Positions 29,811-39,680 of a stretch of DNA of 64,000 bases are shown in pieces (position 1 is the stretch's first letter; every line of letters begins with the position of its first letter). Both the position numbers and the translations under genes were made by a program. Under the pieces are notes generated by a model. The model saw only the letters and a list, made by a program, of their open reading frames with translations, was not told the origin of the DNA and did not search any database. Origin of the DNA: Myxococcales bacterium (GTDB lineage Bacteria; Myxococcota_A; Polyangia; Polyangiales; DASUME01); NCBI GenBank assembly GCA_047601445.1, contig JASGJH010000001.1, positions 9,248,001-9,312,000 on the forward strand, given 5' to 3'.

Positions 29811-31214
29811 GTGGTCAGGGTGAAGGCTGAAGCATCGGAACTACCCGTCGGCCAAGTCGTTGGTGGCCGTTACCGAATCGAGTCTTTGCTCGGTTCGGGC
29901 GGGATGGGTGTTCTCTATGTGGCCGAGCACCTGTTTACCCATCGCCGCGTCGCCCTCAAGCTACTTCACCCCGAACGCGGGGACGACCTGGAGCAGCTGC
30001 AGGCTCGCTTCCTCACCGAGGCTCGAACGGCCTCGGCGGTGCGCCATCCTCACGTGGTCGACGTGCTCGATATGGGCACCGACGAAGAGGGCATGTCGTT
30101 CCTGGTGATGGAGCTCCTCGAGGGCTTCTCGCTCGACCGCCTGCTCAAGGCCGAGAAGCAGCTGTCGCCGAGCCAGGCCCTCGCCTGGATCCTGCCCATC
30201 ATGGGGGCGTTGGCGGTGCTGCACGACGCCGGCATCGTGCATCGCGATATCAAGCCATCCAACCTGTTCCTGTGTCAGGCGCCCTCCGGCAAGTTGCATC
30301 CCAAGGTGCTCGATTTCGGGCTGGCGCGGGTGGTCTCGGATTTGCGGCTGACGCGCTCGGGCGTGGTCATCGGGACGCCGCTCTACATGGCGCCCGAGCA
30401 TGCGGGTGGGCTCGACGTGGGGCCGCAGGCCGATGTGTGGTCGTTGGGCGTGGTGCTCTACGAGTGCCTGGCGGGACGCGCCCCCTATCAAGCCAAGGAC
30501 GGACAGGTGCTGGCCGCGCAGGTGCTAGCGGGGCATGTCCAGCCGCTGCACGTGGTGCGTCCGGATCTGCCCACGCCGCTGGCCCACGCGGTGGAGCGCG
30601 CGTTGCGACGCGACCTGGCACTGCGCTACCAGGACATGCGCGACTTCGCCAAGGGACTTCTGGCCGGCGCGCTCGCCAGCGGCATCGAGGTGCCGAGCGA
30701 CCCCGATCCGGTAGGCCTCGCAGGCTTCAGTCAGTGGCTCCCGGGCTTCAGCCAATGGTCTCCCGACGTGCGCTCCACCGCGGCCAGCGGACCGCGCGCA
30801 CTCAAGCAGGAGCCCTCGTCGACGCCCCTGGCGCCAAGCTCGGGCCCCCACGTCACGCTGGGCCGCGCGAGCCGAAATCAATGGATCGCGGTGGTGGCGC
30901 TCTCGGCGTTGCTGCTCGCCGGATTGTCCTACGCGCTCTGGGGGCGGGCCGATTCTCGGCGCAACCCACCTGCGTTCGTTCCTCAGCCGGCTGCCACGCT
31001 ACCGATGCCGGGCCCGGAACCGCGACCCACGGTGGCTCCCCTGCCGCGAGAGGATGGTCTGCCAGAGGTGGTTCCACTGGTGGACAAGGCCGACGAGGCA
31101 GCCGCCAAGTCACGCCGCGAGCGCGAAGGACGTGCTGCGCGCCGTCGCCGGAGCACGCCCGAGGTCAGCGACGACACCAAGCAGGGCATGGACATCGAGA
31201 CCGAATGGAAATGA
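29811..31214 (+). CDS. Membrane-anchored Hanks-type Ser/Thr protein kinase
   Basis: LGSGGMG, VALK, HRDIKPSN, DFG, GTPLYMAPE, DVWSLG; one TM and a Pro-rich tail. Start approximate. Confidence 0.95.
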   Translation: MVRVKAEASELPVGQVVGGRYRIESLLGSGGMGVLYVAEHLFTHRRVALKLLHPERGDDLEQLQARFLTEARTASAVRHPHVVDVLDMGTDEEGMSFLVMELLEGFSLDRLLKAEKQLSPSQALAWILPIMGALAVLHDAGIVHRDIKPSNLFLCQAPSGKLHPKVLDFGLARVVSDLRLTRSGVVIGTPLYMAPEHAGGLDVGPQADVWSLGVVLYECLAGRAPYQAKDGQVLAAQVLAGHVQPLHVVRPDLPTPLAHAVERALRRDLALRYQDMRDFAKGLLAGALASGIEVPSDPDPVGLAGFSQWLPGFSQWSPDVRSTAASGPRALKQEPSSTPLAPSSGPHVTLGRASRNQWIAVVALSALLLAGLSYALWGRADSRRNPPAFVPQPAATLPMPGPEPRPTVAPLPREDGLPEVVPLVDKADEAAAKSRREREGRAARRRRSTPEVSDDTKQGMDIETEWK

Positions 31215-31232
31215 TACACTCCGCGCCCCACC

Positions 31233-32066
31233 ATGATCGGGCGTAGTACTTGGTTGATCGCTGCCTTCGTCTCCGTACTCTGGACCCTCTGGGTCGGAGT
31301 CGTCCCCGAGGTGCGCGCGGATGCGAAGGACGAAGCTCGCATTCTCTTCGAGGCGGGCGTCGCCGCGAGTCGCTCGGAGCGCTGGCTCGAGGCCAGTGAG
31401 TACTTCCGCCGGTCGCTCACGTTGGCGGAGAAGCCGAGCACCTGGTTCAACCTGGCCGTCGCCGAGATCAAGCAAGGACACGGCACGGCGGGTCTCAGCG
31501 CGCTCGATGCCTTCGAGCGTTCGGCCAATCCCCGTGACCACGCAGAGATGCTCGGGCGTGTTCCGGCCCTACGCAAGCAGGCTGAAGCGCTGCCCGAACC
31601 GGAGGCGGTCCCTGACACGGAAACCGAACCGAGGGCTGAAGCTCCGGCGCGCGAAGTGCCGCCGAGCGGGCCGCCCTCCGAGGAAGCCAAGCCCGCGCAG
31701 GCGGAGCCAAGCCCGCTTCCCACGGCGCCCAAGCCGGCCAACCTCGGGCCACCACGCAGGTTGCTGGCCGTGGGCGTCGTCACGTTGGCGGCCAGCGCGG
31801 TGATGTTTGGTTGGTGGCGTGGACGCGTGAGCAAACGTGAAAAGTGCGAAGCGGACCTCGCGCGCTGCACCAACCTTTCGGACTTGCAGAGCGAGGAGCG
31901 CGCGACGCTCGGCGTCGGCATCGGTCTCGCTGCAGTGTCGGTGGGGTTGATCGCCGCGGGTGCCACCTGGCTCGTGCGCGAGAAGAGTGATGCGAAGCTC
32001 GCGCTGGATCCGCAGCTCGACGTGACCCGCCGAACGGCAGCCCTGAGGCTCCGTTATCGCTTCTGA
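31233..32066 (+). CDS. Exported TPR-like protein with two C-terminal hydrophobic segments and terminal Phe
   Basis: Signal (VRA-D); ARILFEAG...ASEYFRRS...PSTWFNLA; ends AALRLRYRF. Confidence 0.75.
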   Translation: MIGRSTWLIAAFVSVLWTLWVGVVPEVRADAKDEARILFEAGVAASRSERWLEASEYFRRSLTLAEKPSTWFNLAVAEIKQGHGTAGLSALDAFERSANPRDHAEMLGRVPALRKQAEALPEPEAVPDTETEPRAEAPAREVPPSGPPSEEAKPAQAEPSPLPTAPKPANLGPPRRLLAVGVVTLAASAVMFGWWRGRVSKREKCEADLARCTNLSDLQSEERATLGVGIGLAAVSVGLIAAGATWLVREKSDAKLALDPQLDVTRRTAALRLRYRF

Positions 32067-32170
32067 GCGTTCGAGGAGCGGTTCGCGCCGTCACTCGCGC
32101 TTCACCCCGAACGACGTTGTGCGCCAACTGCCTGGTGATACGTGTCGCTCGCGGCAGCCAGAGGTCACGC

Positions 32171-33925
32171 GTGCGCCTGCGGATTCCAAGCGTTCTCATC
32201 GTGGTCACGTGCTGTGCGTGCGGCGTCAGCGCGGACCCCAGCCTCGGTGCGCTGGACGACGCCGGTGGCGTGCTCGACGCAGCAACCCATGCGGACGCTG
32301 GGGCGCTGCCTTTGGAGCCCACGACGGACGCCGGTGACGAGGCGGACGCCGCGCTGCACGAGCCCGATTTTTGCGCGCAGATGGCAGCACGCGCGGGTGT
32401 GAGCTTGCCCGGCTCGAGCGGCGTTTCCTGGGCACGTCTGTTGTGCGACACGCTCGACCTGACGCGCTTCACGCGCGCGCCCGACGTTCCGTATCAAGCC
32501 AAGCTGGCATCGAGCTACGACCGTGCCTCCACGCGCGAGGGAGAGAGCGGTTGGTATGCGAACACCGACCGCGGCATGTACCTGCGGGCCGAGGGCGACG
32601 AACACGTGATGATGGAGGACTTCGGTCCGGGGGCCATCACGCGGCTATGGTCACCCACGCCGAGCGGGCGATTGCGCATCTACATCGACGACCGCGACGA
32701 GCCCGCCCTCGACGTCGACATGCGGGAGTTTCTCTCGGGCAGCTTCGAGGCGCCCTGGGGAAGTCCGTTCGTGTTCGTCGCCGGGGAAGGCTACAGCGCC
32801 TATTTTCCCATCCCGTACGGCCACTACGCTCGCGTCTCCACCACCACCAGCGAAGCGCTGTACTACCAGGTCGACTATCGCAGCTATCCCGAAGGCGTGG
32901 CCGTGGAGTCCTTCTCGCGCGCTGGCCTGAGCGCCCTCGCGCCACTTGCGCAAGAACTCGCCAGGCTCATCGAGGACCCCGCGCGCGAACCGGCGTTGTC
33001 TAGCCCGCGCGAGCTGAGCCTTGCGTTCGACGACGCACACCACGAGCGCGCGACGCAGCTCGAGCCGAGTGTGATCCGCGAGCTCTCCCTGGAGGGCTTT
33101 CGAGCTGACGAAGGCTGGTTGCGCGCGACGCGCCTGATCATGCTGGTAGATGGTGAGCGCAGCATCGATGCGCCCATCGGCGACTTGTTCGGCTCGGGGC
33201 AAGGGCTGAACCCCCACGTGAGTCGCGTGAGCTCGGTGAGCGAGCGAACACTCAGCCTGCGCTGGCCCATGCCCGTGCGAGGTGAGGTGCGCTTCCGGCT
33301 GGAGTCGAACGGCGGAGAGCTGGGAAGCTTGAGCCTGCGCATGCGCTACACGCCCGGGCTCCCGACGGGACACCGTCTCTTCCGTGCACGCTGGACGGGC
33401 GTGCAAACCTTCGACACCGAGAACCCGCTCGACTGGACGCCGCTCCACACCATGGGCCAGGGCTGGTACGTGGGCACGCTCCTCAACATCACCAACGCGA
33501 GTCCGGCTTGGTGGGGCGAAGGAGACGAGAAAATCTTCGTGGACGGCGAGGCCTGGCCAAGCCATTTCGGCACCGGTACGGAGGACTACTTCGGCTTCGG
33601 TTGGTGCTCGAACGAGACCTTCTCCGAGCCCTGGATCGGCCAAACGCGTGCGGACGGTCCGCTGAACTGGGGCCGCGCTTCCATGTATCGCTGGCACATC
33701 CCGGACGCCATGCCCTTCGAGCGCGAGCTGCGCTTCAAGCTGGAGGTTCAGCACTGGGTGCAGAGCCCGTTCTCCAGCCAGTTGGCCCAAGACGTGATTG
33801 TCGTCTGGTACGCCGAGCCGGGCGTGCCGCAGCCCATCGATTCCCTGGCGGACGCGGCCTTCACGTTAGCCCCGCTCACTTCTGCCAAGCCGCTCTTGCC
33901 GGGTGGTCCTTTCGCGTGCAAGTAG
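32171..33925 (+). CDS. DUF2961 / GH172-like glycoside hydrolase, probable lipoprotein
   Basis: ASSYDR, GPGAITRLW, YFPIPY, WWGEGDEKIFVDGE, GTGTEDYFG, YRWHIPDAMPF. Confidence 0.85.
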   Translation: MRLRIPSVLIVVTCCACGVSADPSLGALDDAGGVLDAATHADAGALPLEPTTDAGDEADAALHEPDFCAQMAARAGVSLPGSSGVSWARLLCDTLDLTRFTRAPDVPYQAKLASSYDRASTREGESGWYANTDRGMYLRAEGDEHVMMEDFGPGAITRLWSPTPSGRLRIYIDDRDEPALDVDMREFLSGSFEAPWGSPFVFVAGEGYSAYFPIPYGHYARVSTTTSEALYYQVDYRSYPEGVAVESFSRAGLSALAPLAQELARLIEDPAREPALSSPRELSLAFDDAHHERATQLEPSVIRELSLEGFRADEGWLRATRLIMLVDGERSIDAPIGDLFGSGQGLNPHVSRVSSVSERTLSLRWPMPVRGEVRFRLESNGGELGSLSLRMRYTPGLPTGHRLFRARWTGVQTFDTENPLDWTPLHTMGQGWYVGTLLNITNASPAWWGEGDEKIFVDGEAWPSHFGTGTEDYFGFGWCSNETFSEPWIGQTRADGPLNWGRASMYRWHIPDAMPFERELRFKLEVQHWVQSPFSSQLAQDVIVVWYAEPGVPQPIDSLADAAFTLAPLTSAKPLLPGGPFACK

Positions 33926-33968
33926 GGCCTGTTGCAGCGCGGTCACCGTTGATTTAGAGGTCGTTCGC

Positions 33969-35006
33969 ATGTCTTTCGTCCGAGTTCCGTCGCGCGCCGG
34001 CTGGCTTCATCGCCAGGCCGCCCTGGGCACGATCCTGGGCTGGGGCCTGTGGGGCTGCACGGAACCCAAGTTCGTCGACTTGCCCTGCGACGCCGGCAGT
34101 TGCGCGGATGCCGGCGCGGACCACGACCCCACGCCGGCCCCTGATGCAGGCGACGACGCCGGCCGCGATGCGGGCCACACCAGCCAGCAGACCGATACGA
34201 CTTGGGGTGCTGGCATGGTCGGCAAGTACGCCATGCGGATCCGCTTCTACAGCAAGGGGAGCATCGACGGTTCACACTACGACCACGAGATCTTGATGCT
34301 GGCTGACATCACGCAGGACCCGAGCGGGCGCGTGTCGATGGACGCGCAGCGTTGCCAGGATCTCGGCCATGCGTACTCGAAGATCGTGCCCGGAGGCGTG
34401 CAGACCTTCGAGTGGCCCCATGCGGCCAATCTGCCCAAGGAACGCTTCGAGCTGGCGTTCTCCAACGAGACTTTCTACACGCTGCCCGGCTCCCCGCGCG
34501 CGCTCGGCTACGAGGCAGACAAGCCCGCGGGCTGTGCCACCGGCGACACCCAGCCGGCGGGGCAAGGACGCCCCTGGCTCGCGGACGGCACCTGCGCGTG
34601 TCGCGCCGAGAGCTTGCCCACCACCATCGACGACTGTCGCGTGACCGACGCGGACCAAGACGGCGAGCCTGGACTCACGGTGAAGCAGAGCGGGCTCTAC
34701 AACGGCGAGAACTACGTGCGCATCCAGGACTCCTGCCAAATCGTGGCCGGGTCGATCGCCAAGAACGGACAGCACAGGGCCCAGTACGTGGAGGACTACG
34801 ACTTCCGCGAGCTCGAGTGTTCGGGCGGGAGCTGCGCCTCCGGCACCGTGATCGGCTGTCTCTCCAAGTTCAATCCCGTGGAGTTCGAGCCCCTGAGCGG
34901 CAGCCAGAGCGGCTGGGACTGCAGCACGCTGCTGACGCAGGTCAAAGCCGGCACGGTGTTCTCGGGGGATAAGCTGGCTTTCCCGGACGGCTGCGATCCA
35001 CACTAG
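33969..35006 (+). CDS. Hypothetical Cys-containing lipoprotein
   Basis: GAGG RBS; signal ending LWGC; DAG-rich linker; DADQDGEPG possible Ca-binding loop. Confidence 0.7.
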   Translation: MSFVRVPSRAGWLHRQAALGTILGWGLWGCTEPKFVDLPCDAGSCADAGADHDPTPAPDAGDDAGRDAGHTSQQTDTTWGAGMVGKYAMRIRFYSKGSIDGSHYDHEILMLADITQDPSGRVSMDAQRCQDLGHAYSKIVPGGVQTFEWPHAANLPKERFELAFSNETFYTLPGSPRALGYEADKPAGCATGDTQPAGQGRPWLADGTCACRAESLPTTIDDCRVTDADQDGEPGLTVKQSGLYNGENYVRIQDSCQIVAGSIAKNGQHRAQYVEDYDFRELECSGGSCASGTVIGCLSKFNPVEFEPLSGSQSGWDCSTLLTQVKAGTVFSGDKLAFPDGCDPH

Positions 35007-35050
35007 CGGCCCATGAGCGTCACGAGCGGCGCATGGGTATCGGTGAAAGC

Positions 35051-36061
35051 ATGACGAGCGAACAGCGCGGGCTGTGTGAGGTGGGTGCGGGCGTCTTCGC
35101 GTACCTGCAGGTGGGTGGCTGGGGCTACAGCAATGCGGGACTGGTCACGAGTGCGGGATCCTCGCTGTTGGTGGATACGCTCTACGACCTGAAGTTGACG
35201 CGGGTCATGCTCGACGAAATGCAGCGGCGCACGCCAGCGCAGCGCATCGACAGCGTGGTGAACACCCATGCCAACGGCGATCATTGCTGGGGCAATCAGC
35301 TGGTGGGCTCGGCCAAGATCATCAGCTCGCGTGCCGCGGCCGAGGAGATGCTCGAGCTCTCGCCGCGCTTGATGCACACCATGGTGCAAGCGGCCCGTGC
35401 CATCGTGCGTCTGGGGCCCTTGGCCAAGCTGCCACTCTCACTGCTCGGTCGCCTGCGCGTGCCGCGGGTCAGGGCGTTGGCGGAGGCTGCGCCGTTCATC
35501 GTGGAGATCTTCGGTGGCTTCGACTTCGGGGCCATCTCATTGCGGGCACCGGACACGACCTTCGAGGACCGTCTGGTGCTCCAGGTGGGCGACAAGCAGG
35601 TGCACCTGATCGAAGTGGGGCCGGCGCATACCAAGGGCGACGTCATCGTGTACGTGCCCGAAGATCGCGTGGTCTTCACGGGCGACATTCTTTTCATGGG
35701 CAGCCATCCCATCGTCTGGGCAGGGCCGATCGACAACTGGATCCGCGCCTGCGACCTCATCCTCGAGCTCGAAGTAGACCGCGTGGTGCCGGGTCACGGA
35801 CCGCTCACGGACAAGCAAGGCGTGAAGAGTACGCGGGACTACTGGCAGCGATTGCAGCAGGTCGCCGAGCAGGCCAGCGCAGCGGGCGCGTCCGAGCAGC
35901 ACATCTTGCGGGAGCTCGAGGGACAGCAGAGTTGGCGTGAGGCCGAGCGGCTGGTGGCCAACGTCGAAGTGGCGCTGCGCGAGCTCGCGAACGTGCGCAC
36001 TCCTCGTGACCCGGTGGACGTGATGGCCAGCATGGCGCGCTACGCGGGGCGCGGCGCCTGA
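35051..36061 (+). CDS. MBL-fold metallo-hydrolase (cyclase-like subgroup)
   Basis: SNAGLV, LLVDT, VNTHANGDHCWGN, AHTKGD, FTGD, VPGHG. Confidence 0.9.
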   Translation: MTSEQRGLCEVGAGVFAYLQVGGWGYSNAGLVTSAGSSLLVDTLYDLKLTRVMLDEMQRRTPAQRIDSVVNTHANGDHCWGNQLVGSAKIISSRAAAEEMLELSPRLMHTMVQAARAIVRLGPLAKLPLSLLGRLRVPRVRALAEAAPFIVEIFGGFDFGAISLRAPDTTFEDRLVLQVGDKQVHLIEVGPAHTKGDVIVYVPEDRVVFTGDILFMGSHPIVWAGPIDNWIRACDLILELEVDRVVPGHGPLTDKQGVKSTRDYWQRLQQVAEQASAAGASEQHILRELEGQQSWREAERLVANVEVALRELANVRTPRDPVDVMASMARYAGRGA

Positions 36062-36250
36062 GGGCGCGTTCGGCCCTCGAGAGCGAGGCTTTCTCCGCGA
36101 AACGACGAGCGATTCAGGGCGTCCGCACGGCTCGCCGAGGCTTCGCCCTGGGCAGGGGAAACATGCCGCGTCCGGGGACGTAGACATTCGGGCGTGCCGA
36201 ACCTCGCCCCGACGGAGCTAGGCTCGCTCGAGAGAGGGGAGCGCATCGCC

Positions 36251-37120
36251 ATGGCCGAAGAGAACAACGACATCATCATCGCTGCCTGGAACACGGTGTT
36301 GTTCGAGAAGTTCTGCCGCTTCAAGCACCTGATGATCGCGGGCCTCGCCAACCACAGCAAGGAAGCCCTGGCTCGACACAAGCATCCCCAGGGGGCGCGC
36401 GTGCTGGACGTGGGCTGCGGCTTCGGCGACAGCACCCTGGCCATCGCGCGCAGCGTGGGCCCTGCGGGCGAAGCCGTGGGCGTCGATTGCGCCGCGAACT
36501 TCATCCACGCGGCCGAGCAAGAGGCGCGCGCCGAGAACGTGAGCAATGCGAGCTTCCGCGTGGCCGACGTGCAGACTGAACCGCTCGGCGGTCCCTACGA
36601 CTACGCGTTCGCCCGCTTCGGTACGATGTTCTTCAACTTACCTGGCGCCGCCATGCGCAACATCCGCCGACACCTCAAGCCTGGCGGCGAGTTCACCCAG
36701 ATCGTCTGGCGCATTCGCCAGGACAATCCCTGGCTGTTCGAAGCCGAGCAACGCGTACGTGAGCTGGTGCCGGTGGTGCGGCACGAAGACACCGATCAGG
36801 TGCACTGCGGCCCGGGGCCGTTCTCCATGTCGGGGCCGGACCTGGTCAGCTCCATGATGCGCGGCGCGGGCTTCGATCGCATCACCTTCGAGCGCTTCGA
36901 CGCGGACATCTGCATCGGCCGTACCCTGGACGAAGCCGTGGAGTTCGGCATGGCGCTCGGGCCGGCCGGTGAGATCATCCGCTTGGCAGGCGCCGAGGGC
37001 GAAAAGCGCGCGCCCCAGGTGCGTGCGGCGCTGCGCGAAGTATTTTCGCCTTACACGAGCGAGCGCGGTGTGTGGGGGCCTTCGAGCACCTGGTTCATCA
37101 CGGCCCGCAATCCCGCCTGA
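36251..37120 (+). CDS. Class I SAM-dependent methyltransferase
   Basis: VLDVGCGFG, GVD, RFGTMFF, LKPGG, GPGPFS. Confidence 0.9.
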   Translation: MAEENNDIIIAAWNTVLFEKFCRFKHLMIAGLANHSKEALARHKHPQGARVLDVGCGFGDSTLAIARSVGPAGEAVGVDCAANFIHAAEQEARAENVSNASFRVADVQTEPLGGPYDYAFARFGTMFFNLPGAAMRNIRRHLKPGGEFTQIVWRIRQDNPWLFEAEQRVRELVPVVRHEDTDQVHCGPGPFSMSGPDLVSSMMRGAGFDRITFERFDADICIGRTLDEAVEFGMALGPAGEIIRLAGAEGEKRAPQVRAALREVFSPYTSERGVWGPSSTWFITARNPA

Positions 37121-37135
37121 GCTCGGGCTTGTCCG

Positions 37136-38026
37136 TCATCCGATGCCGAGCGCGCGCAGGTCGAGCCTGCCTGCGTCGACCGGAGGACACCAGTAGTAGC
37201 TGGTGGCGAGGATACGCGAGAAGCGGAACAAGCCGTCGGTGATGCCGTCCTCGAGGCCCACCATGCGCTTGAGCTGCGCCTCGAACGAGTAAAAGGAGCT
37301 CCCGAACGCCACGAACATCAAGCCCGAGGTCAGGCCATCGAGCCAGGGCATCGAGCGCCGCAGCATGAAGGCCTCCGGGCTGAAGCTCTCTGGGGCCGTG
37401 CGCTTCACGTGAGAGGACTCGGGCGCGTCCTCGAGCTCGACGTTGTCGGCGCGTCGACGGCCGATGATGTGATCTTGTTCTTCCGCGGGGTAGCGATCGA
37501 AGCGCTTGAGGTCGTGGGACCAACTCTGCACCGCCACCATGCTCGAGCCCGGAAGACCAGGCTTGCCATCGGCCACGAGCGCGGCCTCCAGGGCGTCGTC
37601 GCCCGTGGGATTCTCGGTGCCGTCGATGTAGCCGGTGAGGTCGCGTCCTTCGCGGTGACGGAAGCCGTCCACCACGCTCTCGAGCTCGAAGGCTTGCTCG
37701 AGCGCCGTCGTCAGCCGTTGTCCGCGATGCAGCAGCTCTCCTCGGTCGCTGCCGCGCAGCCACAACCAGAGCGCGCGCGGAGTGGCGGGCACGGGCTGCA
37801 AGGCACCCTCGTAGCTGGGCGCCTCGTGCAGGTTCGGGATCTTGGCTCCAAGGCGGGCCACGGTGCTCGGCCCGATGCCCACCACGGTCTCCACGCCGTC
37901 GGCGAGTTGTGCCAGGCGCGTGAGGGCGTCGCGCGGGTTCTGCTCGGGAACGAGGCGGAAACTCAGGTAGCGACCGAGCGGCGGTAGAGGGTCGAGGATG
38001 CCGGATTGCGCGTTGGTTTCAGCCAT
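37136..38026 (-). CDS. Dyp-type (dye-decolourising) peroxidase
   Basis: RDLTGYIDGTENP, IIGRRRADN, SHVKR, MLRRSMPW, GLMFVAF. Confidence 0.93.
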   Translation of the reverse strand: MAETNAQSGILDPLPPLGRYLSFRLVPEQNPRDALTRLAQLADGVETVVGIGPSTVARLGAKIPNLHEAPSYEGALQPVPATPRALWLWLRGSDRGELLHRGQRLTTALEQAFELESVVDGFRHREGRDLTGYIDGTENPTGDDALEAALVADGKPGLPGSSMVAVQSWSHDLKRFDRYPAEEQDHIIGRRRADNVELEDAPESSHVKRTAPESFSPEAFMLRRSMPWLDGLTSGLMFVAFGSSFYSFEAQLKRMVGLEDGITDGLFRFSRILATSYYWCPPVDAGRLDLRALGIG

Positions 38027-38116
38027 GGCCAAGGGGTACTCGATCGATGACGGTCACGCCAAGGGGGCGCGAGTGCCGACCGAGCGCCCCCGCGCGGCAT
38101 GGGGCTCCGTACTGTC

Positions 38117-39010
38117 TCAGTCCGGCAACATGGAGAGCTCGAGTCGAGCCAATTCGGCCGGATCGCCCAGGACCTCCAGGCGCACGATCTTGCCGGCCTC
38201 GAGCGTGAAGCGCAGCACGCGCAGCAGATGGCCCTGCGGCGCCACCACCAGGCCCACGCTGCCGTCGATGAGCGCAGGTCGTGCTGCACGAGCCCCGCGC
38301 GCCAGGGCGATGGCCTGCGCCGCCGCCTCACGCGCGCCCCGCAGATCACTGGCCACACCGCCAGGCATGGACGCAGCGTCCGCGTGGACTTCCACATCCG
38401 GGTGCAGGACCGCGAGCAGGCCCTGAAAGTCCCCACCGCGCAGCGCCGTCAAGAAGGCGCCTACCACCTCTCGATGTTGGGCGAGATCCTCGGCGCTGCC
38501 GCGCGGCGCTCCCTGCACGCGACGTCGAGCGCGACTGGCCAGCTGCCGCGTGGCGTCGAGGGAGCGTCCCACAATCTGGGCGATCTCTTCGAAGGGCACG
38601 GCGAACATGTCGTGAAGCACGAACGCGAGGCGCTCGGGTGGGGCCAGGGTCTCCAGCACCACGAGCAGCGCGAGCCCCACGGAGTCCGCCATCATGGTCT
38701 CGCTTTCGGGGTCCGGACTCGTCGCGGGAAAGGGGGCGGCGCCATGCGCGGAGGGAGCCTCGAGCGAGTCTTCGCGGCGGGCCTTGCGACTTCGCAGCAT
38801 GTCGAGGCAGATGCGGGCCGTCACGGTGGTGAGCCAGCCCGCGAGGTTCGCCACGTCGCCGGTCTCGGCGCGGCTCAGGCGCAGCCAGGTCTCCTGGACC
38901 GCATCCTCTGCTTCGCTCAGCGAGCCCAGCATGCGATAGGCCACGCCGCGCAGGTGCGCGCGATTGTTCTCGAAGGCCGTCACCAAGAGGTCGTGTTCCA
39001 CCGCTGCCAT
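38117..39010 (-). CDS. ECF41-type sigma factor with SnoaL-like C-terminal extension
   Basis: AYRMLGSLSEAEDAVQETWLR, FVLHDMF, RQLASRARRRV, AFL..L..GD..GLLAVLHPDV. Confidence 0.92.
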   Translation of the reverse strand: MAAVEHDLLVTAFENNRAHLRGVAYRMLGSLSEAEDAVQETWLRLSRAETGDVANLAGWLTTVTARICLDMLRSRKARREDSLEAPSAHGAAPFPATSPDPESETMMADSVGLALLVVLETLAPPERLAFVLHDMFAVPFEEIAQIVGRSLDATRQLASRARRRVQGAPRGSAEDLAQHREVVGAFLTALRGGDFQGLLAVLHPDVEVHADAASMPGGVASDLRGAREAAAQAIALARGARAARPALIDGSVGLVVAPQGHLLRVLRFTLEAGKIVRLEVLGDPAELARLELSMLPD

Positions 39011-39030
39011 CCCTTTGTGTGTCCGATCTT

Positions 39031-39057
39031 GACGCGCGAGCTGGCCCGAGTGTGACA
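39031..39057 (-). promoter_or_regulatory. ECF41-type promoter for the sigma gene
   Basis: Minus strand TGTCACA-N16-CGTC, an exact match to the ECF41 consensus, 20 bp before the start codon. Confidence 0.8.
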
Positions 39058-39112
39058 GGGACGAGTGCGTTTTTTTCGCCGCCAGGAAGAACCCGGTTTC
39101 TTCTGGCAAGAG

Positions 39113-39139
39113 CGTCACAAAACCTGCGCGAGCCGCGTC
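39113..39139 (+). promoter_or_regulatory. ECF41-type promoter for the CMD gene
   Basis: CGTCACA-N16-CGTC, one mismatch to the consensus. Confidence 0.75.
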
Positions 39140-39193
39140 ACCTCCACGAACCAACGAATCACACGCCGACTCGAGGCGAACCTGGAGGACCTG

Positions 39194-39655
39194 ATGTTGC
39201 AAGCCCGAATGAAGAACCCCGCTTTCGTCGTTCCCGACGCCATGCAACCGCTGCTCGCGGTGGGCGGTGCCGCCAAGAAGGCCGGGGTGCCCGAGCGCAC
39301 CCTCAATCTCGTTTACCTGCGCGCGAGCCAAATCAACGGCTGCACCTTCTGCATGGACATGCACACGCGTGAGGCGAAGAAGGCGGGCGAGACCGACGAG
39401 CGCCTATTCACCGTGGCCGGCTTCCGCGAAGCGCCCTTCTTCAGCGACGCCGAGCGCGCCGCGCTGGCGCTCACCGAGGCGGCTACCCGCATGAGCGACC
39501 GCGAGAACCCAGTCTCCGACGAAGTCTGGCAGGCCGCGAGCCAGCACTACGATGAGGTCCAGCTGGCAGCCCTGGTGCTCAACATCGGCATGATCAACCT
39601 GTGGAACCGACTGAACGTGACGACGCGGCAGATTGCTGGGACGCCCTGGCGTTAG
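39194..39655 (+). CDS. Carboxymuconolactone decarboxylase / AhpD-like family protein
   Basis: GGAGG RBS; LRASQINGCTFCMDMH, ERAALALTEA, INLWNRLN; standard ECF41 partner. Confidence 0.93.
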   Translation: MLQARMKNPAFVVPDAMQPLLAVGGAAKKAGVPERTLNLVYLRASQINGCTFCMDMHTREAKKAGETDERLFTVAGFREAPFFSDAERAALALTEAATRMSDRENPVSDEVWQAASQHYDEVQLAALVLNIGMINLWNRLNVTTRQIAGTPWR

Positions 39656-39680
39656 CAGACGTCCCCGAACTACCTTCAAT

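Noticed and set aside
30723..30764. 21-bp duplication in the kinase (GFSQWLP/GFSQWSP)
   Set aside because: Real but a minor in-frame linker duplication with no evident consequence.
37136..37200. DyP C-terminus (GRLDLRALGIG) as an encapsulin targeting peptide
   Set aside because: It follows the core fold directly with no linker, resembles the usual ending of this DyP subgroup, and no encapsulin gene is in the window.
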